64,000 bases of DNA from Candidatus Neptunichlamydia sp. (lineage in GTDB: Bacteria > Chlamydiota > Chlamydiia > Chlamydiales > Simkaniaceae), in NCBI GenBank assembly GCA_965233865.1, contig OZ247587.1, positions 544,001 through 608,000 on the forward strand, given 5' to 3'. The position numbers were made by a program, and so were the translations under genes. The notes beneath the pieces are model-generated. The model made no database searches. It saw nothing but the letters and a program-made list of their open reading frames with translations, and was not told the DNA's origin. Positions 19,643 to 28,873 of this stretch are shown one piece after another (position 1 is the stretch's first letter; every line of letters begins with the position of its first letter).

Positions 19643-19966
19643 TTAAGCTTCAGTTTTTTTTCTGCGTCTTCTGCGAACTGGCTTAGCTGCAGTTTTCTTA
19701 GCAGTAGTTTTGCGCTTTTTGCGTCGAGTGGTTTTTTTTGAAGCTTTACGCTTAGTAGTTTTCTGCTTAGCTGTAGTTTTGCGTTTTGTAGTCTTCTTAG
19801 CAGCTTTAGCCTTGGTAGGCTTACGCTTAGTAGCTTTTTTTGCTGTAGTTTTTTTGCGTCGAGTTGTTCTCTTAGCAGCTTTACGCTTAGTGGTTTTTCT
19901 AACAGCTTTTTTTCTAGTTGTCTTTTTTCTAGAAGAAGCTGCTTTTTTTCTTCGCTTAGCAGGCAT
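19643..19966 (-). CDS. Histone H1-like basic nucleoid protein (Hc2/HctB-like)
   Basis: 107 aa, almost all K/R/A/T, with repeated KKTTKRK units; AAGGAG RBS upstream. Confidence 0.8.
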   Translation of the reverse strand: MPAKRRKKAASSRKKTTRKKAVRKTTKRKAAKRTTRRKKTTAKKATKRKPTKAKAAKKTTKRKTTAKQKTTKRKASKKTTRRKKRKTTAKKTAAKPVRRRRRKKTEA

Positions 19967-20316
19967 GTATTGTGCTCCTTATTTGGAATTCCTTTTTGGT
20001 GATTTAAAGCTAAAATTTGCAAATGCTTTAAAAACCCTTGCTTTGTCCTACAAACTTAAATATACAATTTTTGTAATAAAAAATAAAAATTATTTTTAAC
20101 ATTTAATTAAATGAAACTTTTTAGTTTTATTAAAAATCAGCTCTGAAACTATTCTGAATACGATTTTGAAAAGAAAATAAATTTTTAAAAAAATTGAAAG
20201 TTTTATAAAAAAATGAAAAAAACATGAAAGTTTTGAATAAAAAACGATTCAGACTGAAGTTTTTTTTAATTAAGGATTTACGTATTTCTAAAAATCCAAA
20301 AGTATCTGAACTGCAA

Positions 20317-20448
20317 TTATTTACAACTATTTAATAGTTGACGAGCGGGATGACGACGAACATTAGAAAAACGGCGCAGCCGTTTAGCTTTTAGCTTCTC
20401 TTTAAGAGGGTTTTTTGTTGTTGGTCTAATATTTTTCTTCTTAATCAT
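20317..20448 (-). CDS. Putative 43-aa basic small protein
   Basis: Manual translation MIKKKNIRPTTKNPLKEKLKAKRLRRFSNVRRHPARQLLNSCK*; higher GC than the flanking AT-rich spacer. Confidence 0.4.
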   Translation of the reverse strand: MIKKKNIRPTTKNPLKEKLKAKRLRRFSNVRRHPARQLLNSCK

Positions 20449-20529
20449 TGCGAATCTTCATAATATTTGATGCCGAAACTCTTGTATATGTTGAATGATA
20501 ATTATCGAAAACATCTTTCCTTAAGATGG

Positions 20530-22437
20530 TTATTTTGAATATCTTATGGAAAACTCATTCATCTTATCTTCCCAGTTGTTAAGATCGCACTCCCATTTTT
20601 TTTCAAGTGCATCCTTCTGATTGATCACTTCTTGCTGCTTTGATGGTGGTGTTTGTTCATAAAATCCGGGTGCAGCCAGTTGTTCGTTTATTTTTTCGAT
20701 CTTTTCTTCTGAATTTGCAATTTCCTTTTCGAGTCTTTCGATATCTCGCTTTAATCGGTTTCTTTCTTTTCTCTCTTCTTTCTTTTCTTCATAGTTCTTT
20801 TGCTTTCCTTCAGACTCTGGAATGATTTGATCTAAATAATCTCTTTCGTGTTCTTCTACAAATTCCTCATATCCTCCCTGAAAATCAACTAAACCTGCTG
20901 GCCGGAGCTCGATGATTCGATTAGCCACTTCTGAAATGAAATAGCGGTTATGACTCACCATAACAAGGGTCCCCTTATATTCCTTAAGAGCTTGAATCAA
21001 TGCATTGACACTTTCCATATCGAGGTGGTTAGTCGGTTCATCTAAAATGAGAAAGTTTTGCTCAGACAACATGAGATGAGCAAAGACCAGCCGAGCTCCT
21101 TCCCCTCCACTAAGTGCCTCTATTTTTTTTCGAATCGCATGCTCATCAAAAAGCATCTGTCCTAAAATTTGCCTTATTTTTTGATCTGAAACCCCTTTTG
21201 AAACTCCACTAATCCAATCATATAGTGTCATTTCTTTGTTCAAGATGCGGTGGAAATTTTGAGGAAAGTATCCCCATCGAACATGAGGACCCCACCGAGA
21301 CTTTCCTTGATCAGGGGCAAGATTGTTAGTGATTATTTCAATTAAGGTTGATTTTCCCATCCCGTTAGGTCCAACAATTGCCACTTTTTCAAACCTCTCG
21401 ACCTCAAAAGAAATCCCTTTTAACACAGCATGTTCTCCAAACGACTTTGTCAGATCTTTTATCACCAGGGCCCTTTGACCTGAAGGACGGGCGTAAGAAA
21501 ACTGAAAGTGGGGGTGCAGCCTTGTTGAAGGAAGGAGTTGATATTCTTTTTCCTCTTCTTCGAGCTTTTCGATCATCCTTTCTCTAGAGCCTGCTTGGCG
21601 CGCTTTAGAAGATTTAGCCTTAAAACGTGTTATAAAGCGCTGTATATTTTTCTTTCTTTTTGCAAAAGATTCGAGTTGCGACTCTTTTGCCGCAACTCCT
21701 TTTGATTTTTCCTGAAGAAAATGGTCAAAATTCCCGATATAGCGTCTCATTTCTCCATAATCGATATCTAAAATCTCCTGACAAACACGATTGAGGAAGA
21801 ACCTATCATGCGAGCTTAGGATAACTGTTCCGGGATAATCAATTAGATATCTCTCGAGCCATCGAATCGAAAAGAGATCAAGGTAATTGGTTGGCTCATC
21901 AAGCAGAAGGATCTCTGGCTGAACAAATAGAACTTGAGCAAGAAGAACGCGTAGCTTATAACCGCCAGATAAGGTATCGAGTGACATCCCATGCTTTTTG
22001 GTTTCTATCCCAAGTCCGCTTAGAAGCTGAGCTGCTTTTGCTTCTGCGCGATACCCTCCTTGCATCGAAAGTTTCGATTCAATTTCACTTATCTCTTCTG
22101 TTTCTCTATATGTGAGTTTCTCCTTGCCTAAGAGAACCTCTTTCCTCTTAAGAACCTTCCAGAGCTCTGTATCACCCATCATTAATATGTCTAGGATTGG
22201 CTCAGCGCCAAAACGGTAGTAATCTTGGTCAAGTATTCCAACGCGCACTTCTTTGGGAATCTGGATATTTCCTTTGCTCGGTTCAAAAGATCCGCTGATG
22301 ATTTTTAAAAAGGTTGTCTTCCCCACACCATTAGCTCCAACAAGGCCATAGCGTCTTCTAGAAGAAAAATGAAACGAAACACCTTGAAAGAAGATCCTAT
22401 CCCCATAAATCATTGTAAGCCCATCGATAGAAAACAT
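20530..22437 (-). CDS. ABC-F family ATPase
   Basis: Two ABC domains (GANGVGKTT, LSGG, LDEPTN; GPNGMGKST, LSGGE, LDEPTNHLD), no TM helices, coiled-coil tail. Confidence 0.93.
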   Translation of the reverse strand: MFSIDGLTMIYGDRIFFQGVSFHFSSRRRYGLVGANGVGKTTFLKIISGSFEPSKGNIQIPKEVRVGILDQDYYRFGAEPILDILMMGDTELWKVLKRKEVLLGKEKLTYRETEEISEIESKLSMQGGYRAEAKAAQLLSGLGIETKKHGMSLDTLSGGYKLRVLLAQVLFVQPEILLLDEPTNYLDLFSIRWLERYLIDYPGTVILSSHDRFFLNRVCQEILDIDYGEMRRYIGNFDHFLQEKSKGVAAKESQLESFAKRKKNIQRFITRFKAKSSKARQAGSRERMIEKLEEEEKEYQLLPSTRLHPHFQFSYARPSGQRALVIKDLTKSFGEHAVLKGISFEVERFEKVAIVGPNGMGKSTLIEIITNNLAPDQGKSRWGPHVRWGYFPQNFHRILNKEMTLYDWISGVSKGVSDQKIRQILGQMLFDEHAIRKKIEALSGGEGARLVFAHLMLSEQNFLILDEPTNHLDMESVNALIQALKEYKGTLVMVSHNRYFISEVANRIIELRPAGLVDFQGGYEEFVEEHERDYLDQIIPESEGKQKNYEEKKEERKERNRLKRDIERLEKEIANSEEKIEKINEQLAAPGFYEQTPPSKQQEVINQKDALEKKWECDLNNWEDKMNEFSIRYSK

Positions 22438-22515
22438 GAAAAGTCCTTTACTTATAGTGCGAAAAATTATATGTCTTAATGTTTTAGAAATCACTTAAAA
22501 ATTTCAAGGCCCCCA

Positions 22516-22776
22516 ATGGACGATGAACATCGACCGATCTTGGTTCTCTATTATATGCCGACTTGTCCTTATTCAAAGAAAGTTCTTGCGTTTATTGAAA
22601 AAAAAGGACTTGAAGTCCCTTTGAAAAACATAGATGAAGATGCAAAATCTATCGAAGAACTCCTTCATCTAGGCGGCAAATTCCAAACTCCTTGTCTATT
22701 TATTGATGGCAAACCTCTCTATGAATCTCAAGATATCATCGATTGGTTAAACGATAAGAAGGATCTATTAGAATGA
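22516..22776 (+). CDS. Glutaredoxin family protein
   Basis: CPYS active site, GGKFQTPCLFIDG, YESQDII. Confidence 0.88.
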   Translation: MDDEHRPILVLYYMPTCPYSKKVLAFIEKKGLEVPLKNIDEDAKSIEELLHLGGKFQTPCLFIDGKPLYESQDIIDWLNDKKDLLE

Positions 22777-24188
22777 TAGGCCCTTCAAACCCAAAAAGAG
22801 TGATTTCAGTTTTTGTCCTTGCGATGTTGAATATTTCAATGATGGCAAGCCTCCGAAATCTCCCTCTTGTTTCAGAGCTGGGGTGGGGAATGCTTTTTTT
22901 CTTCGTTGTAGTAGCTGCTATTTTCCTCGTTCCTTGTGCCCTTGTTTCAGCTGAGCTAGCAACAGGATGGACAAAATCAGGGGGAATCTATGTTTGGGTT
23001 CGAGAAGCTCTTGGAGATCGATGGGGATTTTTCTCAATTTGGATGCAGTGGGTCCACAATGTAACGTGGTATCCAGCAATTCTTGCTTTTGTAGCTGCTA
23101 CTCTCGCCTATATCATCAACCCAGAGCTCGCGGCTAATAAGATCTATATTCAGGCAATTGTTCTCATTGTTTTCTGGGGTATGTCTCTCATCAACTACTT
23201 TGGAGTGGAAACCTCAGCGATTGTTAGTACGGTTGGAGTCATTATTGGAACAATCATCCCTGGGCTATTTATTATCGGATTGGGTGTGACTTGGGTTGCT
23301 CTAGGAAGACCTATTGTAATTCCCTTCCAAGCAGAGAATCTCCTTCCTAACTTTAGAGAGCTTGGGAGCCTTGTCTTTCTTGCTAGTCTTTTTCTCTCAT
23401 TTGCGGGTTTTGAAGTCGCTGCGGGTTATGCAGGTGAAGTCAAAAATCCTCAAAAGAATTTCCCTCGAGCCATTATTATTGCGGCAGTTGTCACCTTTTT
23501 TCTTGTCGTACTAGGTGCTCTTTCCATTGGAATTGTAATTCCAAAGGATAAAATGAGCTTAGTGGCTGGTCTTATGGAAGCAATGAAATTATATTTAGCA
23601 AGTTATGGCCTAAGTTGGCTACTGCCGGTGCTTGCAGGGCTCCTGGTGATAGGCGCCATTGCTGAGGTGAATTCATGGATTATGGGGCCTGTGAAAGCGC
23701 TTCATACTACTTCTGCTCATGGAAACCTCCCTCCATTTTTTCAAAACCTTAATAAGCATGGCATGCCCACTCACCTTCTCTTATTCCAGGCAATTATTGT
23801 TACCATTTCATCATTCATCATTGTGTATATGCCAAGTGTGAGTTCTGCCTATTGGATTTTAAGCGCCTTGTCAGCGCAAATGTACCTTATCATGTACGTC
23901 TTCATGTTTATTGCTGCGATCCGATTGCGCTACACGCATCCACACGTTCCTAGAGTCTACCGTATCCCCCATCCCCATAAGGGAATCTGGATTGTTTCAT
24001 GTGTTGGAATTCTAGCATCCTTATTTGCGATTTTTATTGGGTTTATCCCCCCCCTTGGGTTCGAAATTGGAAACTTCTTTGCTTATGAAGCCCTACTCAT
24101 CATCAGCCTACTCACAATGGTTGCCATCCCTCTTATTATTTATCAGCTTCGGAAACCCTCATGGGTCCCTGAAAAACACCGAAAGTGA
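22773..24188 (+). CDS. APC-family amino acid permease (GadC-like)
   Basis: About 12 TM helices, SLRNLP, AELAT, GGIYVWV, EVKNPQKNFP. Confidence 0.9.
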   Translation: MIGPSNPKRVISVFVLAMLNISMMASLRNLPLVSELGWGMLFFFVVVAAIFLVPCALVSAELATGWTKSGGIYVWVREALGDRWGFFSIWMQWVHNVTWYPAILAFVAATLAYIINPELAANKIYIQAIVLIVFWGMSLINYFGVETSAIVSTVGVIIGTIIPGLFIIGLGVTWVALGRPIVIPFQAENLLPNFRELGSLVFLASLFLSFAGFEVAAGYAGEVKNPQKNFPRAIIIAAVVTFFLVVLGALSIGIVIPKDKMSLVAGLMEAMKLYLASYGLSWLLPVLAGLLVIGAIAEVNSWIMGPVKALHTTSAHGNLPPFFQNLNKHGMPTHLLLFQAIIVTISSFIIVYMPSVSSAYWILSALSAQMYLIMYVFMFIAAIRLRYTHPHVPRVYRIPHPHKGIWIVSCVGILASLFAIFIGFIPPLGFEIGNFFAYEALLIISLLTMVAIPLIIYQLRKPSWVPEKHRK

Positions 24189-24201
24189 TATACATGTCAC
24201 C

Positions 24202-25455
24202 ATGTCTATTCCACTCGCTGAACAGTTAAGACCACAATCTTTTGATGAGGTTGTAGGCCAGGATGCCCTTGTCTCCCTCCTTTTGAAGGTTATTGAAAAA
24301 GGACGCCCCTTGTCTATTTTATTATGGGGTCCCCCAGGATGCGGAAAAACAACCATTGCTCGCCTTTATGCAAAGGCATTTAACTGCCCTTTTATTCCGT
24401 TTACAGGTGTAATGAATGGAATTGCTGATATTAAGAAAGCAATACAAGAAGCAAAGTCCCGCCCACTAACGCATGGGAACCTCATCCTTTTTATCGATGA
24501 GATTCACCGCTTTAATAAAGCGCAGCAAGATGTATTTCTCCCCTGCATTGAAGACGGAACTGTGATTTTAATCGGGGCAACAACAGAAAATCCTTCCTTT
24601 ACAATCAACAATGCCCTCCTCTCTCGCCTCCGCGTTTTAACTCTAGTAAACTTAGCACCAAAATCCCTCACAAAAATCATTACACGCTTTGAAGCGAGCT
24701 CACAGAAAATCTTCCTTACACCTGAAGCTAAAAATGCATTGATTGGATTTTCTCATGGTGACGGACGCCACCTCCTCAATGCGCTAGAAAACCTGCAAAC
24801 CCTCCAAGAGGGAGAGATAGACCTAAACACCCTCTGCGCTCTAGTACAGAAAAAACCTGCGGCCTATGATCGCCATGATGACAGTCATTTTAATTTAATC
24901 TCTGCCATGCATAAGTCCGTTCGAGGATCTGATCCTGATGCGGCACTTTATTATTTTGCACGGATGTTAGAGGGGGGCGAAGACCCTAACTACCTTGCCC
25001 GACGTATTGTTCGAATGGCAATTGAAGATATAGGATTAGCTGACCCCCAAGCTCTACCTCTCTCTCTTGCAGCATGGCAAACATATGAGAGACTAGGCTC
25101 TCCTGAAGGAGAACTAGCTCTTGCTGAAATGATCCTTTACCTCGCCCTTTCCCCAAAAAGTAATGCTGCTTATCAAGCGTTTAAAAAAGCTCAAAAATCA
25201 GCTAGAGAAAGCTCCCATCTAAATCCTCCTAATACGGTCCTGAATGCGCCCACGGAGCTGATGAGAAAACAGGGATATGGACAAAACTACAAATATGACC
25301 ACGATCTCCCTCATGCTTTTTCAGGACAAAACTACTTTCCTCTAGAGATGGAGCATCAAAAGTATTATAGCCCCGTAGAGAGAGGATTTGAAAGAGAGAT
25401 GGAAAAGCGATGTGTTTTTTTTGAAAATTTACGTAAAAAACTTAACAACAGTTAA
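24202..25455 (+). CDS. rarA: Replication-associated recombination protein A
   Basis: PLAEQLRP, GPPGCGKTT, DEIHRFNKAQQD, GATTENP, SAMHKSVRGSD. Confidence 0.95.
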   Translation: MSIPLAEQLRPQSFDEVVGQDALVSLLLKVIEKGRPLSILLWGPPGCGKTTIARLYAKAFNCPFIPFTGVMNGIADIKKAIQEAKSRPLTHGNLILFIDEIHRFNKAQQDVFLPCIEDGTVILIGATTENPSFTINNALLSRLRVLTLVNLAPKSLTKIITRFEASSQKIFLTPEAKNALIGFSHGDGRHLLNALENLQTLQEGEIDLNTLCALVQKKPAAYDRHDDSHFNLISAMHKSVRGSDPDAALYYFARMLEGGEDPNYLARRIVRMAIEDIGLADPQALPLSLAAWQTYERLGSPEGELALAEMILYLALSPKSNAAYQAFKKAQKSARESSHLNPPNTVLNAPTELMRKQGYGQNYKYDHDLPHAFSGQNYFPLEMEHQKYYSPVERGFEREMEKRCVFFENLRKKLNNS

Positions 25456-25542
25456 TTACTGTATTTCAATAAAGCTACTCTTTTAAACCTTTATTTTTTT
25501 TTTTATATTTCATAAAATTTATGCGAAATCGGAGAAAATTTT

Positions 25543-25947
25543 ATGACCAAGTGCGTTTTTGATAAACCAACTCTCAACGAAATGTTTGACAGAGCAAACG
25601 GGTTCAAAATTGTGTGCCGCATGTATAGCGAGGCTGTGGTAGCTTTCTTCACACATGCAGTAGCAGCTTATTTGATTGGTCAGAAAGTTCTAAAACCAGG
25701 GCTAATCGGAGGATTATCTATTTTAACCGCCTATTCTCTAACTATCGGAGACCACCTTTATTTTAGATCTGAGGCAAAAGTGCATCAACGCTTGCATGGG
25801 TTTATCCGTGCTGGTACAAACATGGGAATCATCTATTTAATTTCTCGCCATATCGTAGCTGTGAACTGGAGGTGGTCAGTAGCCTCTATCTCGTTAACAA
25901 CCTATTTTTGTGAATTTGAAAAATCCAGAGCTGCCCGCCGCAATTAA
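25543..25947 (+). CDS. Hypothetical membrane protein
   Basis: 134-aa ORF with GGAG RBS and hydrophobic segments. Confidence 0.55.
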   Translation: MTKCVFDKPTLNEMFDRANGFKIVCRMYSEAVVAFFTHAVAAYLIGQKVLKPGLIGGLSILTAYSLTIGDHLYFRSEAKVHQRLHGFIRAGTNMGIIYLISRHIVAVNWRWSVASISLTTYFCEFEKSRAARRN

Positions 25948-25953
25948 GGCATT

Positions 25954-26287
25954 AAAAAACCTTCAAGCTCCCGCGGCTCACTAGGATTCTTTCGTCTCCT
26001 ATCAAGCACGCAGTCGCATTGAAGGTCCGAAGCTGCGTTGATCCTCTAGCTAAGTCCAGGTTGAGAAGCCGTAGCCTCAATCTAACCTTTCGTCTCTATA
26101 AGAGACATGATGACCAGAGTCGCCCAGGAAATGACCGCTTCAAGCGGGTCTCTGAGAGCAACGCTCTCGATCTGAGGCTGCAGCCTCCCTAGAACCCTAA
26201 GATTCTAACTTTTGCCAAAACTCTTAATGAGATTTATTAACCTCCTGCTCGCCATTCAGCAAGCTGTTTGTTTGGCATCTAGTTCTA
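25954..26287 (-). ncRNA. Putative structured non-coding RNA of unassigned family
   Basis: GC-rich island with no ORF. Long-range helix 26063-26082/26169-26189 with G-U wobbles on the minus strand, several internal hairpins, an extended -10-like TGcTAAATT upstream and a terminal U-tract. Confidence 0.65.
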
Positions 26288-26473
26288 CACTTAATTTAGC
26301 ATAGAAACGATTAATCAATTAAGTTTTTTATTTAAAAAGCCTCATAAAACATTTATATTCAAACAATAAAAAATTAAAATTATTATAAACCTATAAGATA
26401 TATTTACTTTGGATTCAAGATGTTTTGTATCAATAGGATCTGCTGAATTTTCTGAAAAATAATAATACTTCGC

Positions 26474-27157
26474 TCATTGAACCCTCTTTAGAAATTGTTC
26501 TATCTCTGAAGAAAAAACTTTTCCTTCTCCACTTTTTTCTTGAGGTTGTTCTTTATTTTCTCCCTTCCGGTACAGACCATGGCGAGAAAGAGAAACTAGA
26601 ATCTTCCCTTGTTCATCGATAAAGAGAAGACTTGTAGGGGCATTTCCATGAATTAACATCCCTTCTTGTCCCTTTGTGGGAACAATAACAAAATGGGGAA
26701 GCTTATTTGCGATCCCCATTGCAATATTTGGCTCACTTGATTCATGGTAAAAATTCATCATAGGAGAAGACCCTCCCCGAATGAATGTGGCCATATTTCC
26801 TTCCCGATCTCCTAACCCGACCGCAGCTCCCCCATCTTTTAAGGGGAAAAAAGTACCAACGATTTCCTGCTGTTCATTTTTCATAATTATTGCAGGAAAT
26901 GCTCCTCCTTGTAATTGGAGTCGAGGGTTTCCCTCTACATCATTTAAAGTCAGTAGGGTATTTTCATCATCTCCCTGTAGAATAATATTAGGCGTCCCAT
27001 TTGTCCCTTTTAATACAATTCGACGTGCTTCTAGAGTTCCATCTGATTGAAAAAGATTAGGTCTTACGTAAGCAAAAAAACAGATCATCGCAATAAAGAC
27101 ACAAAGATTCGCAATAAAAAACATGCGATTAAATCTAATAATTTGCCTTATCCTCAT
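26474..27157 (-). CDS. Hypothetical membrane-anchored beta-rich protein
   Basis: N-terminal TM helix; repeated LxLxDxxG-type units. Confidence 0.7.
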   Translation of the reverse strand: MRIRQIIRFNRMFFIANLCVFIAMICFFAYVRPNLFQSDGTLEARRIVLKGTNGTPNIILQGDDENTLLTLNDVEGNPRLQLQGGAFPAIIMKNEQQEIVGTFFPLKDGGAAVGLGDREGNMATFIRGGSSPMMNFYHESSEPNIAMGIANKLPHFVIVPTKGQEGMLIHGNAPTSLLFIDEQGKILVSLSRHGLYRKGENKEQPQEKSGEGKVFSSEIEQFLKRVQ

Positions 27158-27270
27158 AAATCAGCCTATTGTTATACCTTACTCAGAAAGTAATAATTAA
27201 CTTTATTTAATTAAAGAAAATAATAATATTTTTGTTGATTTATGTTTCTACGCTTGTTAGAACTGAAAAT

Positions 27271-28800
27271 ATGGAAAAATTTGATGTGATCATTATTGGT
27301 TCAGGTGCAGGAGGAGGAACTCTTGCTTATACGCTTGCTGAAACAGGAAAAAAAATTCTTATTGTAGAGCGAGGAGATTTTCTTCCCCGAGAAAAAGAAA
27401 ACTGGGAACCCCACTCTGTCTTTATTGAGGGTCGGTACAATCCTGGTGAAGAATGGCTCGATAAAAATGGAAAAAGTTTCACTCCAGGTACTCACTATTT
27501 TGTTGGTGGAAACACCAAATTTTATGGCGCGGCCCTTATTCGTCTTCGAAAGGAAGATTTTGAAGAGCTAAAACACTATGATGGGGTTTCTCCAAAATGG
27601 CCACTAACCTATGAGGATTTCCAGCCCTATTACCTGAAAGCCGAGGAGCTATATTCTGTCCACGGCCTTAGAGGCGAAGACCCTACAGAGCCACCCGAGA
27701 GTTCCCCCTACTTCAATCCCCCCTTATCTCATGAACCCCGTATTCAAGAGATCTTTGACCAAATTAAAGGAAGTGGGCATAAACCTTTTCCACTCCCCGT
27801 TGGGATCCGCCTCAATGAAAAAAATCGCGAAAAGAGTCAGTGCGTCAGATGTGACACCTGCGATGGATTTCCTTGTTTGGTGGATGCTAAAGCTGATGCC
27901 CATACAACCTGTATCCGTAAAGCCTTAGAACATGAAAATGTCACTCTAAAAACTGGGGTAAAGATTAACCGCCTCCTGACTTCAGGAAGAAAGGTCACAG
28001 CAATCGAAGGTGAAGAAAGTGGCAAGCCCATTATATTAGCAGGAGACCTCATCGTCCTTTCCTGTGGTGCCATTAACTCGTCTGCCGTCCTTTTAAAATC
28101 AAAAAACAACGAGCATCCCAACGGACTTGCAAATAGCTCAGGTCTTGTAGGACGTAATTACATGTGCCATAACAACTCCGCCATTGTTGCAATTTCGACT
28201 AAGAAAAACCCCACGCATTTCCAAAAAACTCTCGCAGTCAATGATTATTACTTTGGTGCAGATGACTCAGAATATCCCTTGGGACATATTCAACTCCTTG
28301 GAAAGGTAAAAAAAGAGATGCTTGAAGGGGATGCTCCTGCTCTGATACCAGGAATAGCTCTTGAAGAAATAGCAGATCATGCAATCGGATGGTGGATCAC
28401 ATCAGAGGACCTCCCCGATACGGAAAACCGCGTCGAAATCTCCGCCGAAGGACGGATCATCCTTCATTACACGGAGAATAATATGGAAGCCCACGAGCAC
28501 CTGTTGAAAAAGCTAGAAAAAATGCTTGAATCCTGTGGGCCTCATACCCATATCTTTCCTAGCAGCATTTATCTATCTAAGAAAATCCCTTTAGCAGCAG
28601 TTGCCCACCAAGTTGGAACCTGCCGCTTTGGAATTGACCCAAGCTCTTCAGTCCTCGATACCAACTGCAAAGCGCACGATTTAGACAACCTATATATCGT
28701 CGACGGCTCCTTCTTTCCTTCTATTTCCGGAGTGAATCCAGGATTGACTATAATCGCGAATGCAATTCGGGTGGGTGAACACCTGAAGAAAGTTCTATAA
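27271..28800 (+). CDS. GMC-family oxidoreductase
   Basis: IIGSGAGGG, VGGNTKFYGAAL, AHQVGTCRFG, NPGLTIIANA. Confidence 0.93.
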   Translation: MEKFDVIIIGSGAGGGTLAYTLAETGKKILIVERGDFLPREKENWEPHSVFIEGRYNPGEEWLDKNGKSFTPGTHYFVGGNTKFYGAALIRLRKEDFEELKHYDGVSPKWPLTYEDFQPYYLKAEELYSVHGLRGEDPTEPPESSPYFNPPLSHEPRIQEIFDQIKGSGHKPFPLPVGIRLNEKNREKSQCVRCDTCDGFPCLVDAKADAHTTCIRKALEHENVTLKTGVKINRLLTSGRKVTAIEGEESGKPIILAGDLIVLSCGAINSSAVLLKSKNNEHPNGLANSSGLVGRNYMCHNNSAIVAISTKKNPTHFQKTLAVNDYYFGADDSEYPLGHIQLLGKVKKEMLEGDAPALIPGIALEEIADHAIGWWITSEDLPDTENRVEISAEGRIILHYTENNMEAHEHLLKKLEKMLESCGPHTHIFPSSIYLSKKIPLAAVAHQVGTCRFGIDPSSSVLDTNCKAHDLDNLYIVDGSFFPSISGVNPGLTIIANAIRVGEHLKKVL

Positions 28801-28873
28801 TTTGATTGATTTGCTCATGAATTTGCAGGAGTGTCAGCATGGACAAATCACATTACCCATACTTCCGTAGAAT

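Noticed and set aside
19636..20099. Alternative-frame ORFs 19636-20022 (-) and 19710-20099 (+)
   Set aside because: Shadows of the low-complexity Lys-rich gene; only 19643-19966 has an RBS and a sensible product.
24025..24201. N-terminal extensions in the ORF track for rarA (and similarly pgl, nadA, pfp, TMEM14, ABC-F)
   Set aside because: They overlap neighbouring genes or spacers; family homology begins at downstream ATGs.
25954..26287. tmRNA, RNase P, SRP or hammerhead identity for the structured RNA
   Set aside because: No tRNA-like ends or tag frame, no GAGGAAAGUCC, no SRP GGAA loop motif, and no CUGAUGA core before the stem-GAAA.
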